The translations under genes and the position numbers were made by a program. From NCBI RefSeq assembly GCF_000189555.1, contig NC_017276.1: a stretch of DNA of 64,000 nt, one strand, 5' to 3'. This document shows positions 22,835 to 32,767 of the stretch, piece after piece. The stretch comes from Saccharolobus islandicus REY15A. GTDB taxonomy: Archaea > Thermoproteota > Thermoprotei_A > Sulfolobales > Sulfolobaceae. Within the stretch, counting starts at the first letter, position 1; every line of letters starts with the position of its first letter. The notes below the pieces were generated by a model that was given only the letters and a program-made list of their open reading frames with translations, ran no database searches and had not been told where the DNA came from.

Positions 22835-23948
22835 AACAGTAAGGGAAGATATAGATGAAGCGACTGGTGCTATTACTACTCCAATATATCAGACAACTGC
22901 CTATCATTATCCTGAAGGAGAGAAATACAGATATTCTAGGGAGGCAAATCCCACTGTTCTAGAACTCACTAAGAAAATCGTAGAACTTGAGAATGCTGAG
23001 ATGGGTGTTGCGTTTTCTTCGGGGATGGGTGCTATATCCACATCTGCCTTAGCATTATTAAAGCCTGGCAATAGTGTTTTGGTTCATCGTGATATGTTTG
23101 GTAGGTCTTATCGTTTCTTTACTGATTATCTTAAAAACTGGGGTGTTAATGTAGACGCATCAAACCCTGGTAGTGATAATATTATAGAGAAAGCGAAGTC
23201 TAAGAGGTACGATGTAATATTTGTAGAGAATATTACGAACCCATTATTAAGGGTTGTGGATATTACTGAATTATCCAAGGTAGCAAAAGAAAGAGGAAGT
23301 ATATTAATTGTGGATGCGACTTTTTCCACTCCAATAAATCAAAAGCCGCTGGAGTTAGGTGCTGATATAGTGGTTCATAGCGCATCGAAGTTTTTGGCTG
23401 GCCATAATGATGTAATAGCAGGATTAGCTGCTGGTTATGGTAAGTACTTAAATGTTATAGATCAAATGAGGAGAACATTAGGTACTTCCTTAGATGCCCA
23501 TGCGGCATATCTGACTTTGAGGGGTATTAAGACTCTTAAAATAAGGATGGATGTTATTAATAGGAATGCGGAGCAAATAGCTGAATTTTTAGAAGGACAT
23601 CCTAAAGTTGTAAAGGTGTATTACCCTGGTCTTAAGTCCCACGTAGATTATGAAATAGCTAGAAAGGTCCTCAAGGGATTTGGAGGTGTTTTAAGTTTTG
23701 AAGTAAATGGAGGTCAAGAAAGTGCATTGAAAGTAATGAAATCACTTAAGTTAATAATTCCTGCACAAACGCTTGGTGGAGTGAATTCCGTTATATCGCA
23801 CCCAGCTACCATGTCACATAGGACACTAAGTTTAGAAGAGAGGAAGATAGTTGGGATAACAGATAGTCTTCTCAGACTATCTGTTGGAATAGAAGATGTA
23901 AATGACTTGATAGAGGATTTAGACAGAGCATTAGGCACTTTATACTAG
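22818..23948 (+). CDS. metB: Cystathionine gamma-synthase
   Basis: YSREANPT, SSGMGAI, VDATF and HSASKFLAGH PLP-lysine motifs. Confidence 0.93.
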   Translation: MKDATRTVREDIDEATGAITTPIYQTTAYHYPEGEKYRYSREANPTVLELTKKIVELENAEMGVAFSSGMGAISTSALALLKPGNSVLVHRDMFGRSYRFFTDYLKNWGVNVDASNPGSDNIIEKAKSKRYDVIFVENITNPLLRVVDITELSKVAKERGSILIVDATFSTPINQKPLELGADIVVHSASKFLAGHNDVIAGLAAGYGKYLNVIDQMRRTLGTSLDAHAAYLTLRGIKTLKIRMDVINRNAEQIAEFLEGHPKVVKVYYPGLKSHVDYEIARKVLKGFGGVLSFEVNGGQESALKVMKSLKLIIPAQTLGGVNSVISHPATMSHRTLSLEERKIVGITDSLLRLSVGIEDVNDLIEDLDRALGTLY

Positions 23949-24259
23949 ATTATTGTCCTTATTTCATGTCTTAATTCTTCCTCTAGCATTTCTCTTATCT
24001 CTCTCCTATGGACTCTGCTTAAGTGTAAATAAAGTCCTTTTTTCGTGAAGGGTCCTCTGTTACATAATTTGCAATATAGCAAATTGTTATTCTCATAAAC
24101 TAACCAAAAAGACACTTTATCTATAACATTTAAGGCTAATTTCTTCGACGAAATTCCAACTAATTTAATTATCTCATCATCTTTGACCACCATTTTACAC
24201 GCTTTCTTAACACTAGGGTCGATTAATTTTTCCGCGATTATTGTAATTCCGCTGTCCAT
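23945..24259 (-). CDS. Hypothetical protein with a C2H2 zinc finger
   Basis: CKLC-x12-HLSRVH motif. Confidence 0.8.
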   Translation of the reverse strand: MDSGITIIAEKLIDPSVKKACKMVVKDDEIIKLVGISSKKLALNVIDKVSFWLVYENNNLLYCKLCNRGPFTKKGLYLHLSRVHRREIREMLEEELRHEIRTII

Positions 24260-24777
24260 TTTTCATCCCATACTGATGCAATACCTATTGATACTGTAGC
24301 CAATGCTATTAGTCTATTAGCCCTTTTCTCTACATTAGTAAAATCAAAGAATTGCCTTATATCATTTATATCTATTCCCAACACCCTAAGAACTCTTTCC
24401 ACTCTAACTTCCAACTCTAATATTTCAGTTTCTAATGTGCCAATATCTAGTTTTCTCTTAACATCTATGATGAAATCTAATATATCTCCTAATTCATTTT
24501 CACTTATTTCATTAAAGATGTTTGTTATTTTCTTTCTAACCTTAGAACCTATCACTTCAGCCATTCCCGGAGAGTAGTCAATTGGTGATAATTTAGAAAT
24601 CCAAAGATCGACGTATTTCATTATGGTATTTCTCACTTCCTCGCTCTCCCCTTCCAATTCGATTACTATAGATGCAGCTGCCAGTATGTGAGCCAATGCC
24701 TCTCCTACTCTTAACTCCTCCTCATAAGTCGTAAACATGTCCATTGATACGTTTTTACTATCAATTTCCGTGCTCAA
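24238..24777 (-). CDS. Hypothetical helical protein
   Basis: 179-aa ORF coupled to the zinc-finger gene. Confidence 0.75.
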   Translation of the reverse strand: MSTEIDSKNVSMDMFTTYEEELRVGEALAHILAAASIVIELEGESEEVRNTIMKYVDLWISKLSPIDYSPGMAEVIGSKVRKKITNIFNEISENELGDILDFIIDVKRKLDIGTLETEILELEVRVERVLRVLGIDINDIRQFFDFTNVEKRANRLIALATVSIGIASVWDEKWTAELQ

Positions 24778-24914
24778 GATATATTCCCTATCAATTCTGC
24801 TTTGTGGATGAAAATATGAGAGAGAGATCAGATAATACTAAATCGCCGGATGGTATGACGTTGTAGTGGTATTATTAGGATAACTTAAAGTATAAAGTAG
24901 GAAAAGGTTTAAAT

Positions 24915-25922
24915 ATGAAAGCATTTGTTTTCGGGATAGGCGGTGGAGGCGACATAGTATCTGCGATAGTGGCATATACTTACTTGAGAAAGTTAGGCTA
25001 TAATGTTTTGCTAGGTGCAGTGGTTTGGGAGAGATATGTAGAAGATCCCATACCGGGACCCATATGTTTTGACGATTTAAGAAACGCTATTCTAGTAAAC
25101 CAAGGTTTATACAAGGTTAATAAAGATACTTATGCGATCAGAGGCAGTAGGCAAGTAGTACCTCAATTAGTAAGGGCAATTAGGGCATTAGAATTGGATG
25201 GTGCTTACGGAATTTGCAATAAAAGTGGAGCCATGGGTCTTTATTCATCATTAAAGGAATTTGTAAATACAGAGAAAATTGATCTAATAGTTGGAGTAGA
25301 TGCAGGAGGCGACGTATTAGCTAAGGGTTGTGAGGAAACCTTGGGTAGTCCACTCATTGATTTTATCTCTTTAGCCTCTCTTGTCAAGCTAGAGGAAGAT
25401 GGATATAATGTTATGTTAGGAGTTATAGGTAGTGGTAGTGATGGAGAATTACAATACGATTACTTTCTTAAGCGAATTAGTGAAATAGCTTCGTTGAACG
25501 GTTTACTGGATATTAAAGGTTATGATAGGGAAACAGCAACTCTAGTAGAGAGAGTCCTAAATGAAGTTAATACTGAAGCATCAAAGATACCTTTTGAAGC
25601 ATTTAAGGGGTTGTATGGAGAGATACCCATTAGAAATGGTACAAGAAATGTTTTCGTTACCCCAGTCTCAGCTATTATGTTCTTTCTTGATCCCATTAAG
25701 GTAGCCGAGACTAGTCCTCTTTATAGCTTAGTTAAGGATTCCTCTTCAATCGATGACGCTAACAAGAATCTTAATGAAGTTGGTATATACACTGAATATA
25801 ACTTTGAAATAGATTTGTATAGTCAATTTGGTTTAAATGCTTCCCATGCTTCTGCATATGACGTAAGCAAGATTAGGGCAGAAGGTAGGAGGAAATTAGG
25901 GGGCGTTAAAATAAAGTGCTAG
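24915..25922 (+). CDS. DUF1152-like protein
   Basis: GIGGGGD, GVDAGGD and GSDGEL motifs. Confidence 0.85.
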   Translation: MKAFVFGIGGGGDIVSAIVAYTYLRKLGYNVLLGAVVWERYVEDPIPGPICFDDLRNAILVNQGLYKVNKDTYAIRGSRQVVPQLVRAIRALELDGAYGICNKSGAMGLYSSLKEFVNTEKIDLIVGVDAGGDVLAKGCEETLGSPLIDFISLASLVKLEEDGYNVMLGVIGSGSDGELQYDYFLKRISEIASLNGLLDIKGYDRETATLVERVLNEVNTEASKIPFEAFKGLYGEIPIRNGTRNVFVTPVSAIMFFLDPIKVAETSPLYSLVKDSSSIDDANKNLNEVGIYTEYNFEIDLYSQFGLNASHASAYDVSKIRAEGRRKLGGVKIKC

Positions 25923-25952
25923 ATTTTTATTATTGCATATTTATATTGCTAT

Positions 25953-26495
25953 GTGGATCTGATTCGTGAACTAAAGTCAGAGTACGGCTTTGATGAAGAT
26001 GAAATAAATTACGCGTTATCTAGAGCTAGAGGCATAATCTTTGGCTTTGCCATGGAGTATAGAGCTAGGCGAATATTACAAGAAATGGATTTTGAAAATA
26101 TCAAGTCAGTCGATATGCCTACTCATGATATAGAAGCTGAAAAGAATGGTATTAAGTATTATGTAGAAGTAAAGGCTAGTAAAAAATCTCCTACAAGGGA
26201 ATATAGTGCCTATAAGGTAGCGATGATAGCATTATTAGATGGGGTTCATTTGACCTTATCTATGATACCTAAGCCAAATCTTCTTTTAACTGAGGAAATT
26301 CTTAGTGAACCAAAAAGAATATTGTATAGGTTCTTTAAATTGGCTTATATGAAACAATCGGAAGAGCTGAAAGTATTTTTGGAAAATGAGAAAAATAGAG
26401 AAGTTTTAGATTCGTATTCTAATGTGATAAGGACTATTAGTAATAGATATCACTTACCGATTGCTCTTGATCTCGTTAATCCCTTTTCTTCCTAA
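25953..26495 (+). CDS. PD-(D/E)XK restriction-endonuclease-like protein
   Basis: HDIEAEKNGIKYYVEVKAS motif. Confidence 0.75.
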   Translation: MDLIRELKSEYGFDEDEINYALSRARGIIFGFAMEYRARRILQEMDFENIKSVDMPTHDIEAEKNGIKYYVEVKASKKSPTREYSAYKVAMIALLDGVHLTLSMIPKPNLLLTEEILSEPKRILYRFFKLAYMKQSEELKVFLENEKNREVLDSYSNVIRTISNRYHLPIALDLVNPFSS

Positions 26496-27023
26496 TTTAG
26501 AGGTTTTGTATATTATCAGATCTTTTTCTGCTTTATCTAGAAATTTATAGACTGAGGAATGTTCTTTTCCATCAATCAAAAGCTCTATGGCCTTCCTTGC
26601 TATTTGAACTTGATCATAAGGTCCTATTATTCCTATATAATGGCCGTAAATTGATATATCAACCCCGGTATACTCTTGAATTATTCTTTTAGCTTTTCCA
26701 CCTTCGCCTATTATCCTTCCCTTTACTCTTCTTATTGCATCTGGATTACTTCCTATGAGTGTTTTCAAATCTATCACATCTAAAATATATTCGTCACTAA
26801 GCAATCTAAAGGCGGATTGCTCATCGAATCCTAGACCTATTGCTCTTATTACTGAGACAGCCTTGAGGGCTTCATATTGATTTTGACCCTTAGGAAGTAT
26901 ATTGAAAGTCTTAGTTCTTTCATCGTACATAATTTTAGTATCTGTAAACTGCTCAAGTTTCTCAATGATTTTTTTAACTACTTCTAATTTCTCATCTTCT
27001 ACCGTAGTGAACAAGATTCTCAA
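26454..27023 (-). CDS. KH-domain pre-rRNA processing protein (Dim2/Pno1)
   Basis: RAIGLGF and KGRIIGEGGK KH motifs; next to Rio1. Confidence 0.93.
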   Translation of the reverse strand: MRILFTTVEDEKLEVVKKIIEKLEQFTDTKIMYDERTKTFNILPKGQNQYEALKAVSVIRAIGLGFDEQSAFRLLSDEYILDVIDLKTLIGSNPDAIRRVKGRIIGEGGKAKRIIQEYTGVDISIYGHYIGIIGPYDQVQIARKAIELLIDGKEHSSVYKFLDKAEKDLIIYKTSKLGRKGINEIKSNR

Positions 27024-27784
27024 TCCCCGGAAACTCCGAATTCTATTAATAACTCTTCTGTGGGCTTTATATTTATTCCTTTATCCTCAAAAAATCTATT
27101 TATGTTATCGAGGTCTCTTTTCAATAACATAATCGCATCTTCGTAATCTATGGGAATTGCTTGGCTCACATCAATTATGTAGCATTTATTATCATAAACC
27201 ATTACATTATACTCACTTAAGTCTCCGTGAACCAATTTAGCTCTTTTCGTCATAATTTCCACTTGTTGAATTAGGTCATCATACAATTCTTGCGTAATTT
27301 CTTCATCATTTAACTCCTTCAAAAGGGGAGCCCTTAGGCCATTTTCACCAATAAATTCCATTACAAGAATGTTTTCGTAAACCAGAATAGGTTTTGGTAC
27401 TCTAGTTCCAGCCTCATATAGTCTACTAAGGTTTTTGAATTCCTTTTTCGCCCAAGTATTAATAAGTTGTTTAGTATTGGTTACCTTTACGTCTTCAAAT
27501 CTTATATCGCCAACAGTATATTTTTTAATGGCTCTTTTACTTTGCGCTGTGGATGTGTAGTATATCTTTACTGCATAGTACTTATTATCGAAAGTCTTTG
27601 CAGGATATATCCTAGCTTCTTTCCCAGACGATATTGCACCCAAATACTCCTCAATGTTCAATCTTCTAGCTATTTGAATTAAATTTAGATAAGTCCTATA
27701 ATCTATTGTGGAATCTACTACTTTAAAAAGATCTTCGTCTTTACGTCTTTTTTCGTCTTTAGTCTTCTTTGGTAATTCCGTCAA
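27020..27784 (-). CDS. rio1: RIO1 serine kinase
   Basis: SSGKEA, AVKIY, LVHGDLSEYN and IIDVSQ motifs. Confidence 0.97.
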   Translation of the reverse strand: MTELPKKTKDEKRRKDEDLFKVVDSTIDYRTYLNLIQIARRLNIEEYLGAISSGKEARIYPAKTFDNKYYAVKIYYTSTAQSKRAIKKYTVGDIRFEDVKVTNTKQLINTWAKKEFKNLSRLYEAGTRVPKPILVYENILVMEFIGENGLRAPLLKELNDEEITQELYDDLIQQVEIMTKRAKLVHGDLSEYNVMVYDNKCYIIDVSQAIPIDYEDAIMLLKRDLDNINRFFEDKGINIKPTEELLIEFGVSGD

Positions 27785-27787
27785 AAT

Positions 27788-28114
27788 CTATCCTCTTAAC
27801 TGGTCAATTACTTCCCTACTTATGATATTCTCGTTTACAAGTCTCTTTATTTCATCATTTCCATACTTATACAATATGTCGCAACGATTGGGTTGAAAAT
27901 CCCAAATACCAACAAGCACCACATCTCCTTCTCTCATCCACATCTTTTTCCTTATTTTACCAGGTATTCTAGCTAATCTCTCCTTTCCATCCATACACAA
28001 TACTACTAAATGATCTCCACCTAACATTTTCTTAACTACGCATATAGTCTGTCCCTCTTCAGGCTTTGGTACATCTCTACTGGGCGCTTCCTGCGCTCTA
28101 TCTTTCTTAGGCAA
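27788..28114 (-). CDS. eif1a: Translation initiation factor aIF-1A
   Basis: [22 protein letters not shown] signature. Confidence 0.98.
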   Translation of the reverse strand: MPKKDRAQEAPSRDVPKPEEGQTICVVKKMLGGDHLVVLCMDGKERLARIPGKIRKKMWMREGDVVLVGIWDFQPNRCDILYKYGNDEIKRLVNENIISREVIDQLRG

Positions 28115-28161
28115 CTTATTTATTCACCTACAATAGTCTATTGTTATATATGCATAAAAAA

Positions 28162-29376
28162 TTACTTCATCTCTCTCAAGAGCTCGATAGCGACCGCAGT
28201 TGATCCTCCAATTCCATGGCAGATACTAGCTATTCCTCTTGCTCCACGCATTTTAGATAATACGTTTAAGAGCGTTACAATAATTCTGGCGCCACTTGCA
28301 CCTATTGGATGACCTAACGCTATAGCCCCTCCAAAAACGTTAAGTCTATCATAAGGTATTCCCAAGTACCTATTTACTAGAACATTATTTACAGCGAATG
28401 CCTCGTTATTCTCAAAATAATCGAAATGGTTTATATCAATATTTAGTTTGTTTAATAATTTTTTAATAGCAAAGATCGGCGCCTCGGTAAACCTCCAACT
28501 CTCTATACCCACCCAACTATACCCTAGAATTCGGGCTATAGGTTCTATTTTGAGTTCCTTAATTGCTTTTTCACTCATTAATACCAACGCCGTCGCACCA
28601 TCAGATATTTGTGACGAATTCCCAGCGGTGTGTGGGCCACCATCGGTAAACGCTGGAGCTAAAGTTGAAAGCTTATCTAAGCTGGTGTCAGCTCTTATAC
28701 CCTCATCGACATTAACTACTTTTCCATCAGTTTTAATCTCAACGATTTCTGACTTAAAGTATCCATTAACTGTGGCCTTATAAGCCCTAAGATGACTTTG
28801 ATAAGCAACTTCATCCAACTCTTTTCTTGAAATATTATGAGCTTTTGCAACCATATCAGCCTCTTGTCCCATTACTTTCTGCAAGAATGGATCGGTTAAT
28901 CCATCGTATAACATAGTATCAATAAGCTCAATATTTCTATTCATTAACATTTTCACACCCCACCTAATATCAGATTTTATTGTAAACATTGCTTGACTCA
29001 TACTTTCCGTCCCTCCTGCAACTATTATGTCAGCATCTCCAGATTTGATCATCTGTGAAGCTGTAATTATGCTCATCATCCCCGAAGAGCAAACCATATC
29101 TACGGAAAATCCATCTATTTCGTATGGAATTCCAGCTCTAATCGCGCACTGTCTGGCTATATCTTGGCCATGTCCGGCTCTTAAGACGTTTCCCATAATT
29201 GCAATGTCTACCTTACTTGGTTCTACATAAGCTCTCCTTAGCGCTTCCCTAATTACTATTGAACCTAGATCCACCGGGGATAGATTTTTTAAAGTACCGC
29301 CAAACTTTCCAATGGGCGTTCTAACAGCTGATGCGATATATACACTTTCCGGCATACTGAATATACATTCATTCAT
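28162..29376 (-). CDS. Acetyl-CoA C-acetyltransferase (thiolase)
   Basis: VCSSGM, NEAFA, GHPIGASG and ICHGIGG motifs; the true start may be the second ATG. Confidence 0.96.
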   Translation of the reverse strand: MNECIFSMPESVYIASAVRTPIGKFGGTLKNLSPVDLGSIVIREALRRAYVEPSKVDIAIMGNVLRAGHGQDIARQCAIRAGIPYEIDGFSVDMVCSSGMMSIITASQMIKSGDADIIVAGGTESMSQAMFTIKSDIRWGVKMLMNRNIELIDTMLYDGLTDPFLQKVMGQEADMVAKAHNISRKELDEVAYQSHLRAYKATVNGYFKSEIVEIKTDGKVVNVDEGIRADTSLDKLSTLAPAFTDGGPHTAGNSSQISDGATALVLMSEKAIKELKIEPIARILGYSWVGIESWRFTEAPIFAIKKLLNKLNIDINHFDYFENNEAFAVNNVLVNRYLGIPYDRLNVFGGAIALGHPIGASGARIIVTLLNVLSKMRGARGIASICHGIGGSTAVAIELLREMK

Positions 29377-29390
29377 TGGGTTTAAATTTT

Positions 29391-30656
29391 TTAAGCAAAA
29401 ACTCCACGCAAGTCATAAAATGATGCTTCAGTTATTTTAACATTATACCACTTTCCTAGTTCTACATTTTCAGACTTGATCACGACTGGAATATAATTCA
29501 TCAATCTTCCTACTACAGATCCTTTACGACCTAATTCTGTTGTAATAACTCTGCTAGTACTTCCCACGTATTCTAAATGGATAGATAACGCGATATCCTC
29601 ATATAGTTTATTAGCTATTTGAATTCTCTTTTTCTTTACACTATCTGGAACTTGGGGCATTGATGCACTTCTAGTATTTGGCCTGATGGAGTACATTGCT
29701 AAATGTATTCTTTCAAATCTTAATTCCTTCATAAGCAATAGGGTATTATTAAATGCATCTTCATCTTCTCCAGGATGACCTATAATTATATCAGTAGTTA
29801 TATTGGCAAATGGTATTTTACTTCTTATTTCACTTACCAACTCTTTATATTCGTCTATTGTATATTTCCTATTCATTAGCTTTAATACTCTATCATCTCC
29901 ACTTTGGACTGGTAAATGGATAAACTTATACACCTTAGGGTTTCTCATGACTTCGATTAAATTATCTATTATTCTCATAGCTTGTTCTGGCGTCATCATG
30001 CCAATTCTTATCATAAAGTCTCCATCAATTTCCGTTACTTTATTTACTACATCAACTAAACTTATAGATCCTCCTAGATCTAACCCATAAGCTGCAGTAT
30101 CTTGACCAGTTAATTCTATTTCTTTAGCACCAGCTTTTACAGCATCTCTCGCAGCATTAACTATTTCCCTTAATGGATAGCTCCTCAGTTTCCTCCTTGC
30201 TAGTTTGGTTATGCAGAAGCTGCAATTTCCTGCACATCCATCAGCTACTGGAATTATTGCAATTTTTCCATCGAAAGTTCTAGGAGTTATAAGTGCTCTA
30301 TCGCCCTCAAGGACAATTTTACGCTCCTCTGATTTAATTACATCGATTATTCTTTCAACTGATTGTGGACCTATTAATGACGCATTTGGAGCTATGGAAA
30401 GTACTGTAGCTGGTTCTGCACTACTCATACATCCTGCTACCACTAATTTTTTTGATAACGTGTTTAATTCCTTAATTCTTTGTTTCATTCTCTCTTCAGT
30501 TTCTAACCTTACTGCGCAAGTATTGAGTATAATTATATCTGCGTTCTCAGGGTTTTCTACAAAATTATAACCCTCACTTTTAAGCAACGTCATCATTACG
30601 TAAGTATCTGCCCTATTTAATGCACACCCATATGTCTCAACGTAGATGGTTTTCAT
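29391..30656 (-). CDS. tRNA t6A37 methylthiotransferase (MtaB/CDKAL1-like radical SAM)
   Basis: TYGCALN, CAGNCSFC and a C-terminal TRAM domain. Confidence 0.92.
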   Translation of the reverse strand: MKTIYVETYGCALNRADTYVMMTLLKSEGYNFVENPENADIIILNTCAVRLETEERMKQRIKELNTLSKKLVVAGCMSSAEPATVLSIAPNASLIGPQSVERIIDVIKSEERKIVLEGDRALITPRTFDGKIAIIPVADGCAGNCSFCITKLARRKLRSYPLREIVNAARDAVKAGAKEIELTGQDTAAYGLDLGGSISLVDVVNKVTEIDGDFMIRIGMMTPEQAMRIIDNLIEVMRNPKVYKFIHLPVQSGDDRVLKLMNRKYTIDEYKELVSEIRSKIPFANITTDIIIGHPGEDEDAFNNTLLLMKELRFERIHLAMYSIRPNTRSASMPQVPDSVKKKRIQIANKLYEDIALSIHLEYVGSTSRVITTELGRKGSVVGRLMNYIPVVIKSENVELGKWYNVKITEASFYDLRGVFA

Positions 30657-30700
30657 TTTCTTCAGTAGTATTTTAAACCCTATGTGCTTATAGATTTAAT

Positions 30701-31120
30701 GTGAGTTCAGAAAAAGAATACGTGGAAATGCTTGATAGACTATACTCAAAATTACCTGAAAAGGGCCGTAAGGAAGGTACACAAGCACTACCTAATCTAA
30801 TAATATTCAATATAGGAAATACTACCATGATTAGAAATTTTGCGGAATATTGTGATAGAATTAGAAGAGAAGATAAAATATGTATGAAATACTTGCTAAA
30901 GGAATTGGCTGCACCTGGTAATGTGGACGATAAAGGTGAACTTATAATTCAAGGAAAATTCTCATCACAAGTAATAAATACCTTAATGGAAAGATTTTTG
31001 AAGGCATATGTTGAATGTAGTACTTGTAAAAGCCTAGACACTATACTAAAGAAGGAGAAGAAGAGCTGGTATATAGTCTGTCTAGCGTGTGGAGCTCAAA
31101 CACCAGTGAAGCCTCTATGA
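30701..31120 (+). CDS. eif2b: Translation initiation factor aIF-2 beta
   Basis: C-terminal CSTC...CLAC zinc ribbon and YLLKELAAPG. Confidence 0.97.
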   Translation: MSSEKEYVEMLDRLYSKLPEKGRKEGTQALPNLIIFNIGNTTMIRNFAEYCDRIRREDKICMKYLLKELAAPGNVDDKGELIIQGKFSSQVINTLMERFLKAYVECSTCKSLDTILKKEKKSWYIVCLACGAQTPVKPL

Positions 31121-31413
31121 AAGTGTTTCTAAATATAATTAGAGCACAAGGCATGACACTGGTAAATATATGTCAAGAGGAACTATTAGGGAAAGTATTC
31201 AGAGAAGGGGAAATAATACTCAATGTTAGTGAGAAGTTTTACGGAGGAGAGTCCGTAGAATTAGATTATGCCCTTTCATTGATCGATGAGGCTACAGTTA
31301 TGAGTATTGTAGGGAATTACGCGGTAGAAGAGGCAATAAGGAGAGGGTTAGTTCACAAGGATTCTGTCATCAATGTAGCTGGTGTAAAATTCGCTCAAGT
31401 TTATAATGTGTGA
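31117..31413 (+). CDS. DUF424-like protein
   Basis: CQEELLGK, FYGGE and SIVG motifs; start moved to ATG31117 (ATGA overlap). Confidence 0.85.
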   Translation: MKVFLNIIRAQGMTLVNICQEELLGKVFREGEIILNVSEKFYGGESVELDYALSLIDEATVMSIVGNYAVEEAIRRGLVHKDSVINVAGVKFAQVYNV

Positions 31414-32132
31414 AACTTATGTCAGGGAAGTTCTGTGTGCTATGCGGAAAGCAAAATGTTGAGCTAATAGACTCACTCTGTGCTGACTGCTATGTAAAAT
31501 CTAAAAAACTGATAGAAGTACCTAAAAGGATAACCGGAAAGTATTGCAAGATCTGTGGTGCACAATGGATTAAGGGAAAGTGGATAAGGACTTCAGCAAC
31601 ATCTCTAGCTTCAGTCGTGGAGGATATTATAATAAGAGAAGTGGGGAATAAGATAGACATTGATAAAAACGTAGAGGAGTTCGCATTTGATATAAAGAGC
31701 ATATGGAAGGATCCAAGTGGTAATTCCTTTGCTACTGTTGAATTTAGAGGGAACGTAAGAGGTAAGCCCTTTTCCCAAGAGGCGATAATTAGTTTAGAAA
31801 TGGAAAGAACATTATGTGACTCGTGCTTTAGGAAAAAGACACGATATTATGAGGCCATAGTTCAACTGAGGAGTAAAGGTAAGATTGGGATTGACGATAA
31901 GAAGAGAGCGTTCTTCGAATCCTTTTTCTCTACAAGCATAGTGGATAATATTTCTGATGTTATTGAGGGTAGAGAGGGTGTGGATTATTATTTTATGAGT
32001 AAAAGTGTTGCAAGAAAGCTTATATCGATGATATCTTCTATTGTTGACGTTGAAGTTAATGAGAGTTATCAGAATGAAAAGATGAAAAACGGTAAAAGGG
32101 AGGCAAAACTAGTTATTTCATTGAGGATATGA
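31410..32132 (+). CDS. nmd3: NMD3-family ribosome biogenesis protein
   Basis: Four CxxC pairs and YYEAIVQLR motif. Confidence 0.92.
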   Translation: MKLMSGKFCVLCGKQNVELIDSLCADCYVKSKKLIEVPKRITGKYCKICGAQWIKGKWIRTSATSLASVVEDIIIREVGNKIDIDKNVEEFAFDIKSIWKDPSGNSFATVEFRGNVRGKPFSQEAIISLEMERTLCDSCFRKKTRYYEAIVQLRSKGKIGIDDKKRAFFESFFSTSIVDNISDVIEGREGVDYYFMSKSVARKLISMISSIVDVEVNESYQNEKMKNGKREAKLVISLRI

Positions 32133-32767
32133 GAATAGGTATAGACGAAGCAGGTCGTGGAGCCTTAATAGGTCCAATGATAGTTGCAGGTGTAGCTATC
32201 AGTGATTCAAAGCTAAAATTCCTTAAAGGCATTGGAGTAAAGGATAGTAAGCAATTAACTAGGGAGAGAAGGGAGAAATTGTTCGATATTATTGCCAGTA
32301 CCGTAGATGCTTTCACAGTAGTTAAAGTTTTTCCTTACGAAATAGATAATTACAATTTGAACGATCTCACATATGATGCAGTGTCTAAGATAATTCTATC
32401 ACTTTCGGTTTTCAATCCTGAAATAGTAACAGTTGATAAAGTGGGAGAAGAGAAGCCTGTTATAGAGCTCATCAGAAAGCTAGGTTATAAGTCAAATGTA
32501 GTTCACAAGGCGGATGTCCTATTTGTTGAAGCAAGTGCAGCAAGCATTATTGCTAAAGTAATAAGGGATAATTATATTGATGAGTTGAAAAAAGTTTACG
32601 GTGATTTCGGGAGTGGATACCCTGCTGATCCTAGAACAATAAAGTGGCTTAAGTCCTTTTATGAGAAGAACCCAAATCCACCTCCCATTGTCAGAAGATC
32701 ATGGAAAATTTTACGTTCTACTGCTCCACTATATTATATAAGTAAAGAGGGTAGAAGACTATGGTAA
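32129..32767 (+). CDS. rnhB: Ribonuclease HII
   Basis: GIDEAGRG, DSKQL, AASIIAK and GSGYPAD motifs. Confidence 0.98.
   Translation: MRIGIDEAGRGALIGPMIVAGVAISDSKLKFLKGIGVKDSKQLTRERREKLFDIIASTVDAFTVVKVFPYEIDNYNLNDLTYDAVSKIILSLSVFNPEIVTVDKVGEEKPVIELIRKLGYKSNVVHKADVLFVEASAASIIAKVIRDNYIDELKKVYGDFGSGYPADPRTIKWLKSFYEKNPNPPPIVRRSWKILRSTAPLYYISKEGRRLW

Noticed and set aside
24805-24860. Possible C/D sRNA in the divergent promoter gap (GGATGA...CAGA...ATGA)
   Set aside because: The boxes are degenerate, C' is missing and the spacing does not fit.
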